In this document: piece by piece, positions 47,122-56,527 of the stretch
How positions within the stretch are numbered: position 1 is the stretch's first letter
Layout of the letters: each line of letters starts with the position of its first letter
Assembly: GCA_965116905.1 (NCBI GenBank)
Contig: OZ220732.1
Location: forward strand, 3,648,001-3,712,000
Source of the DNA: Longimicrobiales bacterium
Lineage (GTDB): Bacteria; Gemmatimonadota; Gemmatimonadetes; Longimicrobiales; Gaopeijiaceae
Length of the DNA stretch: 64,000 nucleotides
Direction of reading: 5' to 3'
The notes under the pieces: model-generated
Databases searched by the model: none
The model's input: only the letters and a program-made list of their open reading frames with translations
What the model was told of the DNA's origin: nothing
Position numbers and translations under genes: made by a program

Positions 47122-48171
47122 TCACCCCGCCGGACCGAGCCCCGGCATCACTTCGCGAATCACCCGGGCCGCGCGCTCGGCGTCGCTCATCGAGACGTCC
47201 CGGTGCATCACCGCCCGCACATCGTGGCGTCCCGAGACCAGCATCGCGACGCCGCGCTCGATGCACGCGTCCACGAAGGCGCCCGCGGGACAGTGCACGG
47301 AAAAGCGGAGGATGTTGGTCTCCACGTGCTCCCGAACCAGGTCCACGCCCGGCACAGCGGCCAGCACATCGGCAAGCAGGGCCGCCTTGGCGTGGTCCTC
47401 CGTGAGGCAGCCGCGGTTGTTCTCCAGCGCGTACAAGGCCCCCGCCGCAATGATGCCCGCCTGCCTGAACCCGCCGCCGAAGAGTTGCTTGAACCGCCTC
47501 GCCCGCTGAACGAACTCCCCGGAGCCGGCCAAAGCCGACCCCACCGGCGCACCCAGTGCCTTTGAAAAGCACACCGAGACGCTGTCGAAGTCGCGCGCAT
47601 AGCGGGCCGGCGTGATGCCGGTCGCGGCGGAAGCGTTCCAGATCCTGGCTCCGTCGAGGTGGCAGCGGAGTCCGGCGGCGCGGGCGACATCGACGACCGC
47701 ATCCATCTGCTCCAGCGGCCAGATGCTGCCTCCCCCGCCGTTGTGCGTGTTCTCGACGCAGAGCAGGGTTGGCGGTGGGGCGAGCGTCGAGGGCGATCCC
47801 GGGTGGGACGTTCCCAGCGCGTCGCGCACCTGATCGGCCGTGAAGATCCCCCGGTCGCCGGCAATGCGCTGAGCGGTAACCCCCGAGAGCGCCGCCGGCG
47901 CGCCCCCCTCCGAGCGCACGACATGGGACGCGGCGTCCATCAGGACCAGGTCGCCCGGCTCGGTGTGGGCGCGGATGGCCACCTGGTTCGTCATCGACCC
48001 GGTGGGCATGTAGACGGCCGCCGCCTTGCCGAGCACCTCGGCCGTGCGGGCCTCCAGGCGCCTGACGGTCGGGTCGTCCCCGTAGACGTCGTCGCCGACG
48101 GCGGCGTGGGCCATCGCCTCGCGCATGGCCGGCGAAGGGCGGGTGACGGTGTCGCTGCGGAGATCGATCAT
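47122..48171 (-). CDS. ltaE: Low-specificity L-threonine aldolase
   Basis: IDLRSDTVTRP, GDDVYGDDP, ENTHN, HLDGAR, CFSKALGAPVG. Confidence 0.92.
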   Translation of the reverse strand: MIDLRSDTVTRPSPAMREAMAHAAVGDDVYGDDPTVRRLEARTAEVLGKAAAVYMPTGSMTNQVAIRAHTEPGDLVLMDAASHVVRSEGGAPAALSGVTAQRIAGDRGIFTADQVRDALGTSHPGSPSTLAPPPTLLCVENTHNGGGGSIWPLEQMDAVVDVARAAGLRCHLDGARIWNASAATGITPARYARDFDSVSVCFSKALGAPVGSALAGSGEFVQRARRFKQLFGGGFRQAGIIAAGALYALENNRGCLTEDHAKAALLADVLAAVPGVDLVREHVETNILRFSVHCPAGAFVDACIERGVAMLVSGRHDVRAVMHRDVSMSDAERAARVIREVMPGLGPAG

Positions 48172-48180
48172 GCGAGAAGA

Positions 48181-49191
48181 CTACTCAAAGTCGACATCCA
48201 TGACATCCTGGAGCGGACGGTATCCGACCTCACGGTAGATCTTGTTGGACGTGGGGTTCGCGAGATCGGTGTAGAGGACGCAGTGGCTGAATCCCAGGTC
48301 GAGCGCGTGGCCGCTCAGTTGGGCCACCAGCGCGGTGGCGTAGCCCCGGCGGCGATGCTCGTCGGGGGTGTAGACATAGCCGATCCGAACCCCGTGGCGA
48401 GTGCGCGCCGGGAAGCCGGCCATCGAGACGGGCTCCTCATTCACCCATAGTGCCAGCAGGCGGTTGCCGCGCTCGCCGCCACACAACCGGCGGGCGTGCT
48501 CAACGGGGTCTCCCGGATCACTCAGACCGCTCTCCCGCACGAACGATTCCAGCCACCGGGCGACAAGCGGGATGTCCGCGGGTCCGGCAGGCCGCATTGT
48601 TCCCGGGGCCATGCGCGCAGGGGGTACCACGCGCTCGAGGATGTGAATGCGCTGCCGGGCTCCGGGCGTGGCCCGCACCCCCTTGAGCCGGGTCCAGGTG
48701 TCGCCGAAGGCGGAAACCGCAGCGACGGGGCCGAGAGCCGCGGGAATCTCTTCGTAGACATCGGCCACGTCCCGGGCCAGCAGCGGAACTGCGTCCAGCG
48801 GCATGCGCGTCAACCCCACTTTGTAGGGCGGCGTGCGGAAAGCGCACCCGACGACGTCGCCTCCCGACTCGATCGTCGCGAAGTAGAGAGGGGGTGGGGA
48901 TGCCGGCGCGGGACCCGAGGACGACCCCGTGGAGTGTGGGGATGCCGGCGCCGGGTCCAACGACGACGCCGGGCGGGTCCCCGCCAGCGACGCCGCCACC
49001 CCGAGGGGCAGGTTGTTCTCGGCTTCGCGCTGCAGCAGCCAGGGCTCCGCTCGGTCGAGGAAGGCCCGGGGGTCTGCGTGGCGCACCACCCGCAGACCAC
49101 GCACCCTCCGCGGGCCGCACACGCTCTGCGGATCGCTGCCGGCCGGCCGGCGGCGTGGTGGCCTACCCGTCCGACCCTTCGCCCTTGACAA
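48181..49191 (-). CDS. GNAT-family N-acetyltransferase; start uncertain
   Basis: REAENNL, RIGYVYTPDEHRRRGYA, LYTDLANPTSNKIY. Confidence 0.85.
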   Translation of the reverse strand: MSRAKGRTGRPPRRRPAGSDPQSVCGPRRVRGLRVVRHADPRAFLDRAEPWLLQREAENNLPLGVAASLAGTRPASSLDPAPASPHSTGSSSGPAPASPPPLYFATIESGGDVVGCAFRTPPYKVGLTRMPLDAVPLLARDVADVYEEIPAALGPVAAVSAFGDTWTRLKGVRATPGARQRIHILERVVPPARMAPGTMRPAGPADIPLVARWLESFVRESGLSDPGDPVEHARRLCGGERGNRLLALWVNEEPVSMAGFPARTRHGVRIGYVYTPDEHRRRGYATALVAQLSGHALDLGFSHCVLYTDLANPTSNKIYREVGYRPLQDVMDVDFE

Positions 49192-49867
49192 GCTTCCGGA
49201 TGAAGTCGCCGACGCCGGAGAGGCGGGCCATCAGAGTGATGTGAATGTCGTGCACGCGGCTCTCGCCGCCGTTTCTGCCGTAATAGTCACCCACCTCGAA
49301 AACGGCCGCGCCTCCGCGCATGGGCGCCTCGATCCCGAAACCGCCGTGGAGAGTGCGTGCCCGCTGAGCGCCGACGAGGGAATAGGGCAGGATGGGTGTC
49401 TGTTCCGGAGAGCCGATGATCTTGGACCCGAAGCCCGAGAACATGTAGCCCCGGACGCCTTCGTAGGCCGGGGTGTGGGCCATGAGGTCCACAACCACGG
49501 TCTCGAAGTACTGCGAGTCCTGCGGGTCGTCGAACATGGACAGGCCGCCGGGCACGATGCGGGCCGGGTCCTGTTGCGGGGCCCAGCGCGTCGACCGCTC
49601 GAACAGCGCCCTGGCACCGTACCAGGAGCCCCTGCGCTTCGCTGCCAGCTCCATGCCGTAGGTGGGCCGCCGCGCGGTGCTCTGGCCCCCGCCGTGCTGC
49701 GGCAGGAAAAACCCGAGCCTGGGCGCAAACGAGATCGCCCAGCCGTCCGGTTGGGAGGCGCGGCTCATCGCTTCCGGGCGCGCCTGGGCCGACCCGGCGT
49801 CGGGCAGGGCGATCATGGCGAGGCCGGCGACGGTAGTGGCGATGGAGAGGCGGAAAAGCGACTTCAT
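49163..49867 (-). CDS. Exported hypothetical protein, probable outer-membrane beta-barrel
   Basis: GAGGAG RBS, signal peptide MKSLFRLSIA...AGSA, alternating amphipathic strands. Confidence 0.65.
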   Translation of the reverse strand: MKSLFRLSIATTVAGLAMIALPDAGSAQARPEAMSRASQPDGWAISFAPRLGFFLPQHGGGQSTARRPTYGMELAAKRRGSWYGARALFERSTRWAPQQDPARIVPGGLSMFDDPQDSQYFETVVVDLMAHTPAYEGVRGYMFSGFGSKIIGSPEQTPILPYSLVGAQRARTLHGGFGIEAPMRGGAAVFEVGDYYGRNGGESRVHDIHITLMARLSGVGDFIRKLVKGEGSDG

Positions 49868-49968
49868 CGGCGACTCCTCAGGCTTGGACGTTCGGACGCA
49901 CCAGCGCAACCGGGTTCGTGACCACTGCAACATACTGCGGCCGCCGCGATGCGGGCCAGTTCGCCGTG

Positions 49969-50012
49969 GGACTTCAGCGGGACTCCGGCGAGGCTTCAGT
50001 AGGACTTCAGGC
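49969..50012. promoter_or_regulatory. Four phased 11-bp direct repeats, putative response-regulator boxes
   Basis: GGACTTCAGCG GGACTCCGGCG AGGCTTCAGTA GGACTTCAGGC upstream of the 49867 gene. Confidence 0.55.
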
Positions 50013-50025
50013 CGATCGGCGTGGA

Positions 50026-50904
50026 TCAGATCAGCCGGAAGACCCCGTTCAGCCTGGTGCGCAGTACGAGGCGGTATCCCCTGGCGGCCAGCCACCCTTT
50101 CAACCCAACCGACCGCCGGCCGTCGTTCCGTCCGGCCTTGAGTTCGACGATGAGGTGCCGGGGCCACAGCTGGCGGGGCGCATCACGCAGAAAGGGGCGG
50201 ATGACGTCGGATTCGTGCCCCTCCACGTCGACTTTGAGACAGTCGACGCGGTCAAGCCCCGCGTCATTCACGATGTCGGCCAGGGGGACGACCGCCACGG
50301 GAAAGCCGCGGTCCGGGTCCGGCAAGACCCCTGCCCCGACCAGCCGTCCCTCGCCCGAGTTCCGCGGGTTGACCGCGAGCGTGCCGCGGCCCCGGGCCGC
50401 GCCAACCGCCGCCTCGACCACCCGCACGCGGTCCTGTGCGCCGTTGACGCGCACGTTGAACCGGAGCTGGCGCGCCACATCGGGGTTGGGCTCCACGGCC
50501 ACGATCCGCGCGGAGGCCCCGACGAGGGAAAGGACCCAGAAGGAATAGCCGCCGACGTTGGCGCCGATGTCCACGAAGGTGAATCCCGGCTGTGCCCACT
50601 TCGCGAGAAGCGTGCGTTCGGCCCGGTCCCAGGAACGGGGCAGAAACAGGATCCTGGCCTCCGAGACCGAGCGGTCCGCGAAGAGGCGCAGGCGCTGTCC
50701 CCAGACCACGGTGTCGACGGGGGCAGACAGGTGCCGCCGGGCGGCGCGGCGGGCGAGAAGCGCGAGCCGGCTCCACGGCCAGCCAGCGGGAAGGGAGCGC
50801 GCGACGCGCAGCCAGAACGCGCCCTGTCCGCCCGGACGGCACGCACCCCAGGCGCTGGTCTCGCCGAAGGCGTCGGCGGCGTTATCGTAGTTGCTGTCGT
50901 TCAT
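50026..50904 (-). CDS. FkbM-family methyltransferase
   Basis: FVDIGANVG, VEPNP, LKVDVEGHE. Confidence 0.9.
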   Translation of the reverse strand: MNDSNYDNAADAFGETSAWGACRPGGQGAFWLRVARSLPAGWPWSRLALLARRAARRHLSAPVDTVVWGQRLRLFADRSVSEARILFLPRSWDRAERTLLAKWAQPGFTFVDIGANVGGYSFWVLSLVGASARIVAVEPNPDVARQLRFNVRVNGAQDRVRVVEAAVGAARGRGTLAVNPRNSGEGRLVGAGVLPDPDRGFPVAVVPLADIVNDAGLDRVDCLKVDVEGHESDVIRPFLRDAPRQLWPRHLIVELKAGRNDGRRSVGLKGWLAARGYRLVLRTRLNGVFRLI

Positions 50905-50948
50905 TCCCAATCATGCGGCCGTCCGGTCCGCGCGGAGACTGATTCAAC

Positions 50949-52253
50949 ATGAACCCCGCTCCAGGCGGGACGCTCACTTCCGGCCACATCGCGCGTTTCT
51001 GGTCCCCCCTGGCCGCGACCTGGGTCATGATGGCGCTCGAGGGCCCGCTCATCGCGGCCACCATCGCACGCCTTCCCGAGGCCAAGATCAACCTGGCGTC
51101 GCACGGTGTGGTCTTTGCCATCGCGATCCTGGTCGAGGCGCCGGTGATCATGCTCCTGACGGCCGCTACCGCACTGGTGCGCGACCGGGACAGCTATCGC
51201 AAGCTGCGCCTTTTCGCCCATGGACTCAACGCGCTGGCTACCCTTCTGGTCCTGCTCCTGCTGGTTCCGGCCGTTTTCGAGCCGCTGATCCTGGGACTCC
51301 TCGATCTTCCGGGCGAAGTCGCGGACATCATCTATGGGGCGCTGTGGATCTACCTGCCCTGGCCGGCGGCAATCGGCTACCGCCGCTTCATCCACGGCGT
51401 GATGATCAGTACCGGCCAGACGCGGCAGGTCGCGGTAGGTACGGTGTTCCGCCTGGCGTCCATGGCGGGAACCGCATTCGCCCTGCCTGCGTTCACCGAT
51501 CTGCACGGTGCCTGGGTGGGTGCGGCAAGCCTTACCGTCGGCGTGTGCGTAGAGGCGGTGGCAGCTCGCATCATGGCGACCGGCTCGATTCGGCAGGTGC
51601 TCGCGACCGCCCCGGAGGGGAGCGGGGCCGCCGCGATCAGCTATCGCGGCATCCTCGAGTTCTACTACCCGCTGGCCCTGACCTCGCTGGTCGCCCTGGC
51701 CACCCATCCGCTGCTCACATTCTTCGTGGGGCGCGCGCGCGATCCGCTCGAGTCGCTGGCCGTCCTCCCGGTCGTGCACTCGCTCTCGTTCCTTTTCCGC
51801 GCCGCGGGGCTCAGCTACCAGGAGGCCGCGATCGCGCTCACGGGGAAGGACTTCGAGCACCGCCGCCCCGTGGGGCGCTTCGCGCTCCGCATGGGTCTGG
51901 CGGCCACTGCGGCCTACGCGCTGATCGTCCTCACCCCGCTCTTCGGCGTCTGGTTCGAAACCGTGTCCGGGCTGACACCCGAGTTGTCCGGCTATGCACG
52001 GATCCCGGCACTCGTGCTGATCCCGGTGCCCGGGCTCGCCTTCTGGCTGGCCCACCAGAGTGCGATTATGGTGTTGTTGCGCCGCACCAAGGCGATCACG
52101 ATGGCCACGACCCTGGGACTGCTCGGCATCGTCGCCATCTTCCCCGTGCTGGCCTGGGGGCTGGGATGGGTCGGGGCCACGGCCGCCGTCGTGGCCTTCC
52201 TGGGCGGGCGCCTCGCGTCGAACATCTACCTGCACCGGACCGAATCACGATGA
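50949..52253 (+). CDS. MATE/MOP-superfamily (ANKH-like) membrane transporter
   Basis: About 12 TM segments with internal two-fold repeat (FWSPLA / FYYPLA). Confidence 0.7.
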   Translation: MNPAPGGTLTSGHIARFWSPLAATWVMMALEGPLIAATIARLPEAKINLASHGVVFAIAILVEAPVIMLLTAATALVRDRDSYRKLRLFAHGLNALATLLVLLLLVPAVFEPLILGLLDLPGEVADIIYGALWIYLPWPAAIGYRRFIHGVMISTGQTRQVAVGTVFRLASMAGTAFALPAFTDLHGAWVGAASLTVGVCVEAVAARIMATGSIRQVLATAPEGSGAAAISYRGILEFYYPLALTSLVALATHPLLTFFVGRARDPLESLAVLPVVHSLSFLFRAAGLSYQEAAIALTGKDFEHRRPVGRFALRMGLAATAAYALIVLTPLFGVWFETVSGLTPELSGYARIPALVLIPVPGLAFWLAHQSAIMVLLRRTKAITMATTLGLLGIVAIFPVLAWGLGWVGATAAVVAFLGGRLASNIYLHRTESR

Positions 52254-53266
52254 GTTCGATGAGCCCGAGGAGCACGAGGAGCACGAGGAGCACGAGGAGC
52301 ATCAGCCGCCGCCGCTTCGTCACTGCCTCCGCCGGCTGCGCCTCGTACCTGACCGCCGCGGGGCCCCTGCTGAGCGCGCCAGCGCTGCGCCGGTGGCGTG
52401 GCGTGGGGGCGCGCCGGATCGTCGCGCAGACGCCCTTCGCGCGCATCGAGGAGCTGGGAGACGGGATGTTCGCGATCATCTCCACGCCGCTGGACGGGGA
52501 CTACACCACGGTGTGCAACGGCGGCATCATCGGCGGGTCGTCGGGGACGGTGGTGGTCGAGGCGTTCGCCACGCCCGAGGGTGCGAGGTGGGCGGCGGAG
52601 CAGGCGCGGGCGCTCACGGGACGGTGGCCCTCGCAGGTGGTGGTCTCGCACTATCACGGCGACCACTCCGCCGGGCCCGCCGGCTTTGCGGCGGACGGCG
52701 AGAGCACACCGCAACTTCGGGCCACCGCGACGACCCGCGACCTGGTCCAGGGCTCGCCGGGCGACGAGGCCGCAAAGGCCCCCTGGGCCGACGTGGTGGT
52801 CGTGCCGGAGGACGGTCCGGTCGAGATCGACCTCGGCAGCCGCACGTTGACGGTTGTGCCGCGCAGAGGCCACACCGCCAGCGATCTCTCGGTGCAGGTG
52901 GACGGAGGCGATGGACCGGTCTGGTGCGGCGACTTGGTGTGGAACGCCATGTTCCCCAACTACATGGACGCGGTGCCGTCACGGCTGTCGCGCGCGGTCC
53001 GGGCGCTGCAGGCCATCGACGCCGGCACCTTCGTCCCCGGCCACGGCCCGCTGGCGGACGCCGAGGGCATGGCGCGATACGTGGCGCTGATAGACTCGGT
53101 CGAGGAGGCGGCGCGGAACGCGTGGCGGCGCGGCGTCAACTCGGAGGACGCGGCCGCGGCCTACGAAGTGCCCGCCGAGCTGGGAGAGTGGATGATGTTC
53201 AGCCCGAACTACCACCAGCGCGCGATCCAGGCCTGGCTGGACGAGCTGGCCGGCGCCGAAGGCTAG
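52250..53266 (+). CDS. Tat-exported MBL-fold metallo-hydrolase
   Basis: ISRRRFV Tat motif; SHYHGDH, GHT, GDL and PGHG motifs. Confidence 0.88.
   Translation: MSSMSPRSTRSTRSTRSISRRRFVTASAGCASYLTAAGPLLSAPALRRWRGVGARRIVAQTPFARIEELGDGMFAIISTPLDGDYTTVCNGGIIGGSSGTVVVEAFATPEGARWAAEQARALTGRWPSQVVVSHYHGDHSAGPAGFAADGESTPQLRATATTRDLVQGSPGDEAAKAPWADVVVVPEDGPVEIDLGSRTLTVVPRRGHTASDLSVQVDGGDGPVWCGDLVWNAMFPNYMDAVPSRLSRAVRALQAIDAGTFVPGHGPLADAEGMARYVALIDSVEEAARNAWRRGVNSEDAAAAYEVPAELGEWMMFSPNYHQRAIQAWLDELAGAEG
52266..52301. repeat. In-frame 9-bp tandem repeat x4 (CGAGGAGCA) in the Tat leader
   Basis: Encodes RST-RST-RST-RSI. Confidence 0.9.
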
Positions 53267-53273
53267 CCGACAA

Positions 53274-53288
53274 CGTTTCAGCTGAAAC
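53274..53288. repeat. Palindrome CGTTTCAGCTGAAAC (parS-like), copy 2
   Basis: Between convergent MBL and aminotransferase genes; identical core to 34883-34897. Confidence 0.6.
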
Positions 53289-53337
53289 TGAACAATAATG
53301 TTAAGTATTGGGGTCGCGAGTACTCGGGCCGGATGCC

Positions 53338-54549
53338 TCAGAGCCGAAGCGCCCGCCTGAACCGCTCGCCCAGACCCCGCAGGCGCGCCACCGGCTCGTT
53401 GCTGAAGACGATCCGCACGAACCGGTCCGCGTTCTCCAGGCCCCAGTGGGTCATGGGCGTGGCCGCCACCTTGCCGTGCTCCAGAAGCCGCGTCGACGCC
53501 TCCGCCCCGTCGTAGCCGAGCGCTCCCGTATCCACCAGCAGCGACCAGCCCCCGTCCGCGCGCACGACATGGAGGCCGTGCAGCTCGGTCTGCACGGTGT
53601 CGCGCCTGCGCTCCCACTCGGCAACCGCGTCCGCCACACCGCATCCCGCAGGCTCAACGAGGGCCGCCAGCGCGCCGGGCTGCGCGATACCCACGGGTGT
53701 GACGACATTGTAGATACTCACCAACCCAATTCGGTTCATGATCCGGCGGGGTCCGGTCACCCAGCCGACGCGCCAGCCGATCATGCGGTATTCCTTGGAG
53801 ACGGAGCCGACCGTGATCGTGAGGTCCCCGAGTCCGCCTACGCTGGCGGGGTGGATGTGGCGGCGGCCGTCGAAGAGGATGCGCTCCATCGCGGCGTTGT
53901 AGAGCAGCCAGATCCCGCGCTCCTCGCAGATGCGGGCGATTTCTTCCCAGTCCTCGCGGGTCAGCACGGCGCCCGACGGGATGGACGGGTTCATGAGGAA
54001 GATCACGCGGGTGCGGTCGGTCACGGCGTCGCGGAAGCGGTCGAGGTCGAGGGTCCAGCCGCCGTCGCGGATCGTGAACGGCGCGAAGCGGGCCACGCCG
54101 CCCGCCAGGCGGACGCGGTAGAGCATGCCGGCGTAGGTGGGATCGGTCACAACGACCTCGTCGCCCGGCTCGATGAGGGCGAGCAGCGCGTTGAACAGCC
54201 CCTCGGTGCCGCCGGCCGTGACGATCGTCTGCGCGTCGGCGTCGTAGGGGACGCCGCTCAGGCGGGAGACGTGGGCGGCGGCCGCGGCGCGGAGATCGCC
54301 GGTGCCCAGGAAGGGGAGGTAGCTGTTGGCGTCGTCGTGCCCGACGGCGGCGCGGGTGGCATCGACCGCGGCCGGTGGCGGAGGGATGTCGGTGTCGAGG
54401 TTCTCCAGGCGGAGGACTTCCGGGTCGGCCTCTGCGGCCTGCGCGACGCGGTCGATCGAGAAGCCGACGATGTCGCCCAGGCGGGACGGCCGGGACGGTC
54501 GGGACGGCTGGGACGGCTGCGACGGCCGGGAGGGTGCTGGCGGGGACAT
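53338..54549 (-). CDS. PLP-dependent class I/II aminotransferase
   Basis: TAGGTEG, DPTY, NPSIPSG, GSVSKEYRMIGWRVGW. Confidence 0.9.
   Translation of the reverse strand: MSPPAPSRPSQPSQPSRPSRPSRLGDIVGFSIDRVAQAAEADPEVLRLENLDTDIPPPPAAVDATRAAVGHDDANSYLPFLGTGDLRAAAAAHVSRLSGVPYDADAQTIVTAGGTEGLFNALLALIEPGDEVVVTDPTYAGMLYRVRLAGGVARFAPFTIRDGGWTLDLDRFRDAVTDRTRVIFLMNPSIPSGAVLTREDWEEIARICEERGIWLLYNAAMERILFDGRRHIHPASVGGLGDLTITVGSVSKEYRMIGWRVGWVTGPRRIMNRIGLVSIYNVVTPVGIAQPGALAALVEPAGCGVADAVAEWERRRDTVQTELHGLHVVRADGGWSLLVDTGALGYDGAEASTRLLEHGKVAATPMTHWGLENADRFVRIVFSNEPVARLRGLGERFRRALRL
54483..54527. repeat. In-frame 9-bp tandem repeat x5 (G[G/C]GACGGYY)
   Basis: Encodes PS(R/Q) repeats at the aminotransferase N-terminus. 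Confidence 0.85.
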
Positions 54550-54556
54550 GGCGGCC

Positions 54557-55150
54557 CTACTGCTGAGCGCCGCCCTGCCGCGGAGGCACGTGCGTCTCCG
54601 GTTGCCGCTGTTGGGCGGCGGACGGCAGGCCCGCATCGAACAGCGAGCGCCTGACGAACGCGATGACCTCGTCGACGGTCGAGGCGGTGGCGACCCGCCG
54701 GGGCAGGCTCCGCGCCCGCTCGAGATCGCCCAGGAGAACCAGGGGCCGGCCGTACCGGATGGCCAACTCGACCTCCGAGGCCGTGCCCGCGCTCCCCGGC
54801 AGCGCCACGACGACATCCGAGGTGAGCACGTTGACGTGGTTGCGCGAATCCGGCGCCAGGCCCTCCTTCCCCAGCTGCGTGCGGACCGGCAGCTCGACCC
54901 AGCGGTTGGGATAGCCCGGCGGCGAGGCCGACCCGCCGTCCTCCTCCAGGTGCGGAAGAACCCCGATCACCAGCCCGGCGCGCGGCTCCACGGCGGCGAA
55001 CGCACGGGAGACCGAAGCCATGACCCCACGCCCGCCTCCGGTCAGCAGGTGGACCCCCAACAGGGCCAGACGGCGCCCCAAAGGCGCGGCCAGATCTGCG
55101 TGCTCGCGGGCGCCCGAGCCCATGACTCCGACAATGGGTAGCTGCTTCAC
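54557..55150 (-). CDS. LOG/SLOG-family nucleotide-binding protein (TIGR00725/MoCo carrier-like)
   Basis: GVMGSG, TGGGRGVM, SRNHVNV, LPGSAGTASE. Confidence 0.82.
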   Translation of the reverse strand: MKQLPIVGVMGSGAREHADLAAPLGRRLALLGVHLLTGGGRGVMASVSRAFAAVEPRAGLVIGVLPHLEEDGGSASPPGYPNRWVELPVRTQLGKEGLAPDSRNHVNVLTSDVVVALPGSAGTASEVELAIRYGRPLVLLGDLERARSLPRRVATASTVDEVIAFVRRSLFDAGLPSAAQQRQPETHVPPRQGGAQQ

Positions 55151-55221
55151 CGCTGGATCGAACCGTGCAAACAGGAGACTATTGGGGGCCCCAATCTCGC
55201 AACTCAGGAGGTGAAGCGCCA

Positions 55222-56523
55222 ATGAACGGCGTGCGGGCGGGCGGGTACGGACCCTACGCAGCGCTGTCGGTGGTGGTCGCCAACATGATCGGCACCGGCG
55301 TCTTCACCAGCCTGGGGTTCCAGCTTCTCGACCTTCAGTCCACTTTTCCGCTGCTGCTGCTCTGGGTCGTCGGCGGCGTCGCGGCCTTTTGCGGTGCGAT
55401 CTCATACGCCGAACTGGGTGCGGCCATTCCCCGATCGGGAGGCGAATACACCTTCCTGTCGCGGATCTATCATCCCGTCGCGGGCTTCGTCTCGGGCTGG
55501 ATCTCCGCCACGATCGGATTCGCGGCCCCGACCGCGCTGGCCGCCATCACCTTCGGGACGTACCTGGCCTCGGTCTTCCCCGCCCTCTCACCCACCTGGA
55601 TGGGCGCGGGGCTGGTCGTTGTGCTGACCGCGGTCCACGCCACGACCTACCGCAGCTCCAGCCTCTTCCAGCGCTCCTTCACGACGGTGAAGGTCGTGCT
55701 GATCGCGGCCTTCTGCGTTGCCGCCGCCACCATGGTCGACGCGCCCCAGCCCGTGTCGCTGCTCCCCGTCTCCGGCGACGGCGCGCTCGTCTTCAGCGGC
55801 GCCTTCGCCGTCTCGCTCATCTACGTCTCGTACGCCTACACCGGCTGGAACGCGGCCACCTATCTCACGGGCGAGGTGCGCAACCCCGCCCGCACCCTGC
55901 CCCGGGTGCTCGGTGCCGGCACGCTCCTGGTCATGGTGCTCTACGCCGCGCTGAACTACGCCTTCCTGCGCGCGGCCCCGATGGCCGAACTGGAGGGCAG
56001 GCTGGAGGTCGGCTACGTGGCCGCGACCCATGTCTTCGGCCCCGTGGGAGCGGCGATCATGGGCGTCACCCTCGCCACGCTGCTCGTCTCCACCGTGAGC
56101 GCGATGGTCATGGCCGGACCTCGCGTGCTCCAGGTGATCGGCGAGGACTATCACGCGTTCCGGCAGCTGAGCCGCGTCAATCGGCACGGGATCCCCGCGG
56201 TCGCGATCGCGACCCAGGCCGTGCTTACCCTCACCTTCATCGTCACGGCCTCTTTCGAGTCCATCCTGGTCTTTGCCGGGTTCACACTCGGGCTGAACAG
56301 CCTGTTGGCGGTCGCCGGCGTCCTCGTGCTGCGCGTGCGGGAGCCCGATGCGCCGCGTCCGTACCGCGCGTGGGGGTTCCCGGTCACGCCGCTCGTCTAC
56401 ATCGGGCTGACGCTGTGGACCCTGGTCTACATTGCGATCGACCGGCCGGCCGAGGCCGCGATGGCCCCGGTGGTCGTCGGCGCCGGGCTCGTGTTCTACG
56501 TGGTCGCGGGGCGGAGGACGTGA
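55222..56523 (+). CDS. APC-family amino acid permease
   Basis: NMIGTGVF, YAELGAAIPRSGGEY, YAYTGWN, RPYRAWGFP; AGGAGG RBS. Confidence 0.9.
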   Translation: MNGVRAGGYGPYAALSVVVANMIGTGVFTSLGFQLLDLQSTFPLLLLWVVGGVAAFCGAISYAELGAAIPRSGGEYTFLSRIYHPVAGFVSGWISATIGFAAPTALAAITFGTYLASVFPALSPTWMGAGLVVVLTAVHATTYRSSSLFQRSFTTVKVVLIAAFCVAAATMVDAPQPVSLLPVSGDGALVFSGAFAVSLIYVSYAYTGWNAATYLTGEVRNPARTLPRVLGAGTLLVMVLYAALNYAFLRAAPMAELEGRLEVGYVAATHVFGPVGAAIMGVTLATLLVSTVSAMVMAGPRVLQVIGEDYHAFRQLSRVNRHGIPAVAIATQAVLTLTFIVTASFESILVFAGFTLGLNSLLAVAGVLVLRVREPDAPRPYRAWGFPVTPLVYIGLTLWTLVYIAIDRPAEAAMAPVVVGAGLVFYVVAGRRT

Positions 56524-56527
56524 GAGC

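Noticed and set aside
53279..53306. Possible dif site (TAATGTTAAGT resembles the XerD arm TTATGTTAAAT, 9/11)
   Set aside because: The sequence at the XerC-arm position (CAGCTGAAACT) does not match or mirror it, so the 28-bp dif structure is missing.
42902..54527. Short repeat runs as CRISPR arrays
   Set aside because: Units are 9-15 bp, directly adjacent with no unique spacers, and no cas genes are present.
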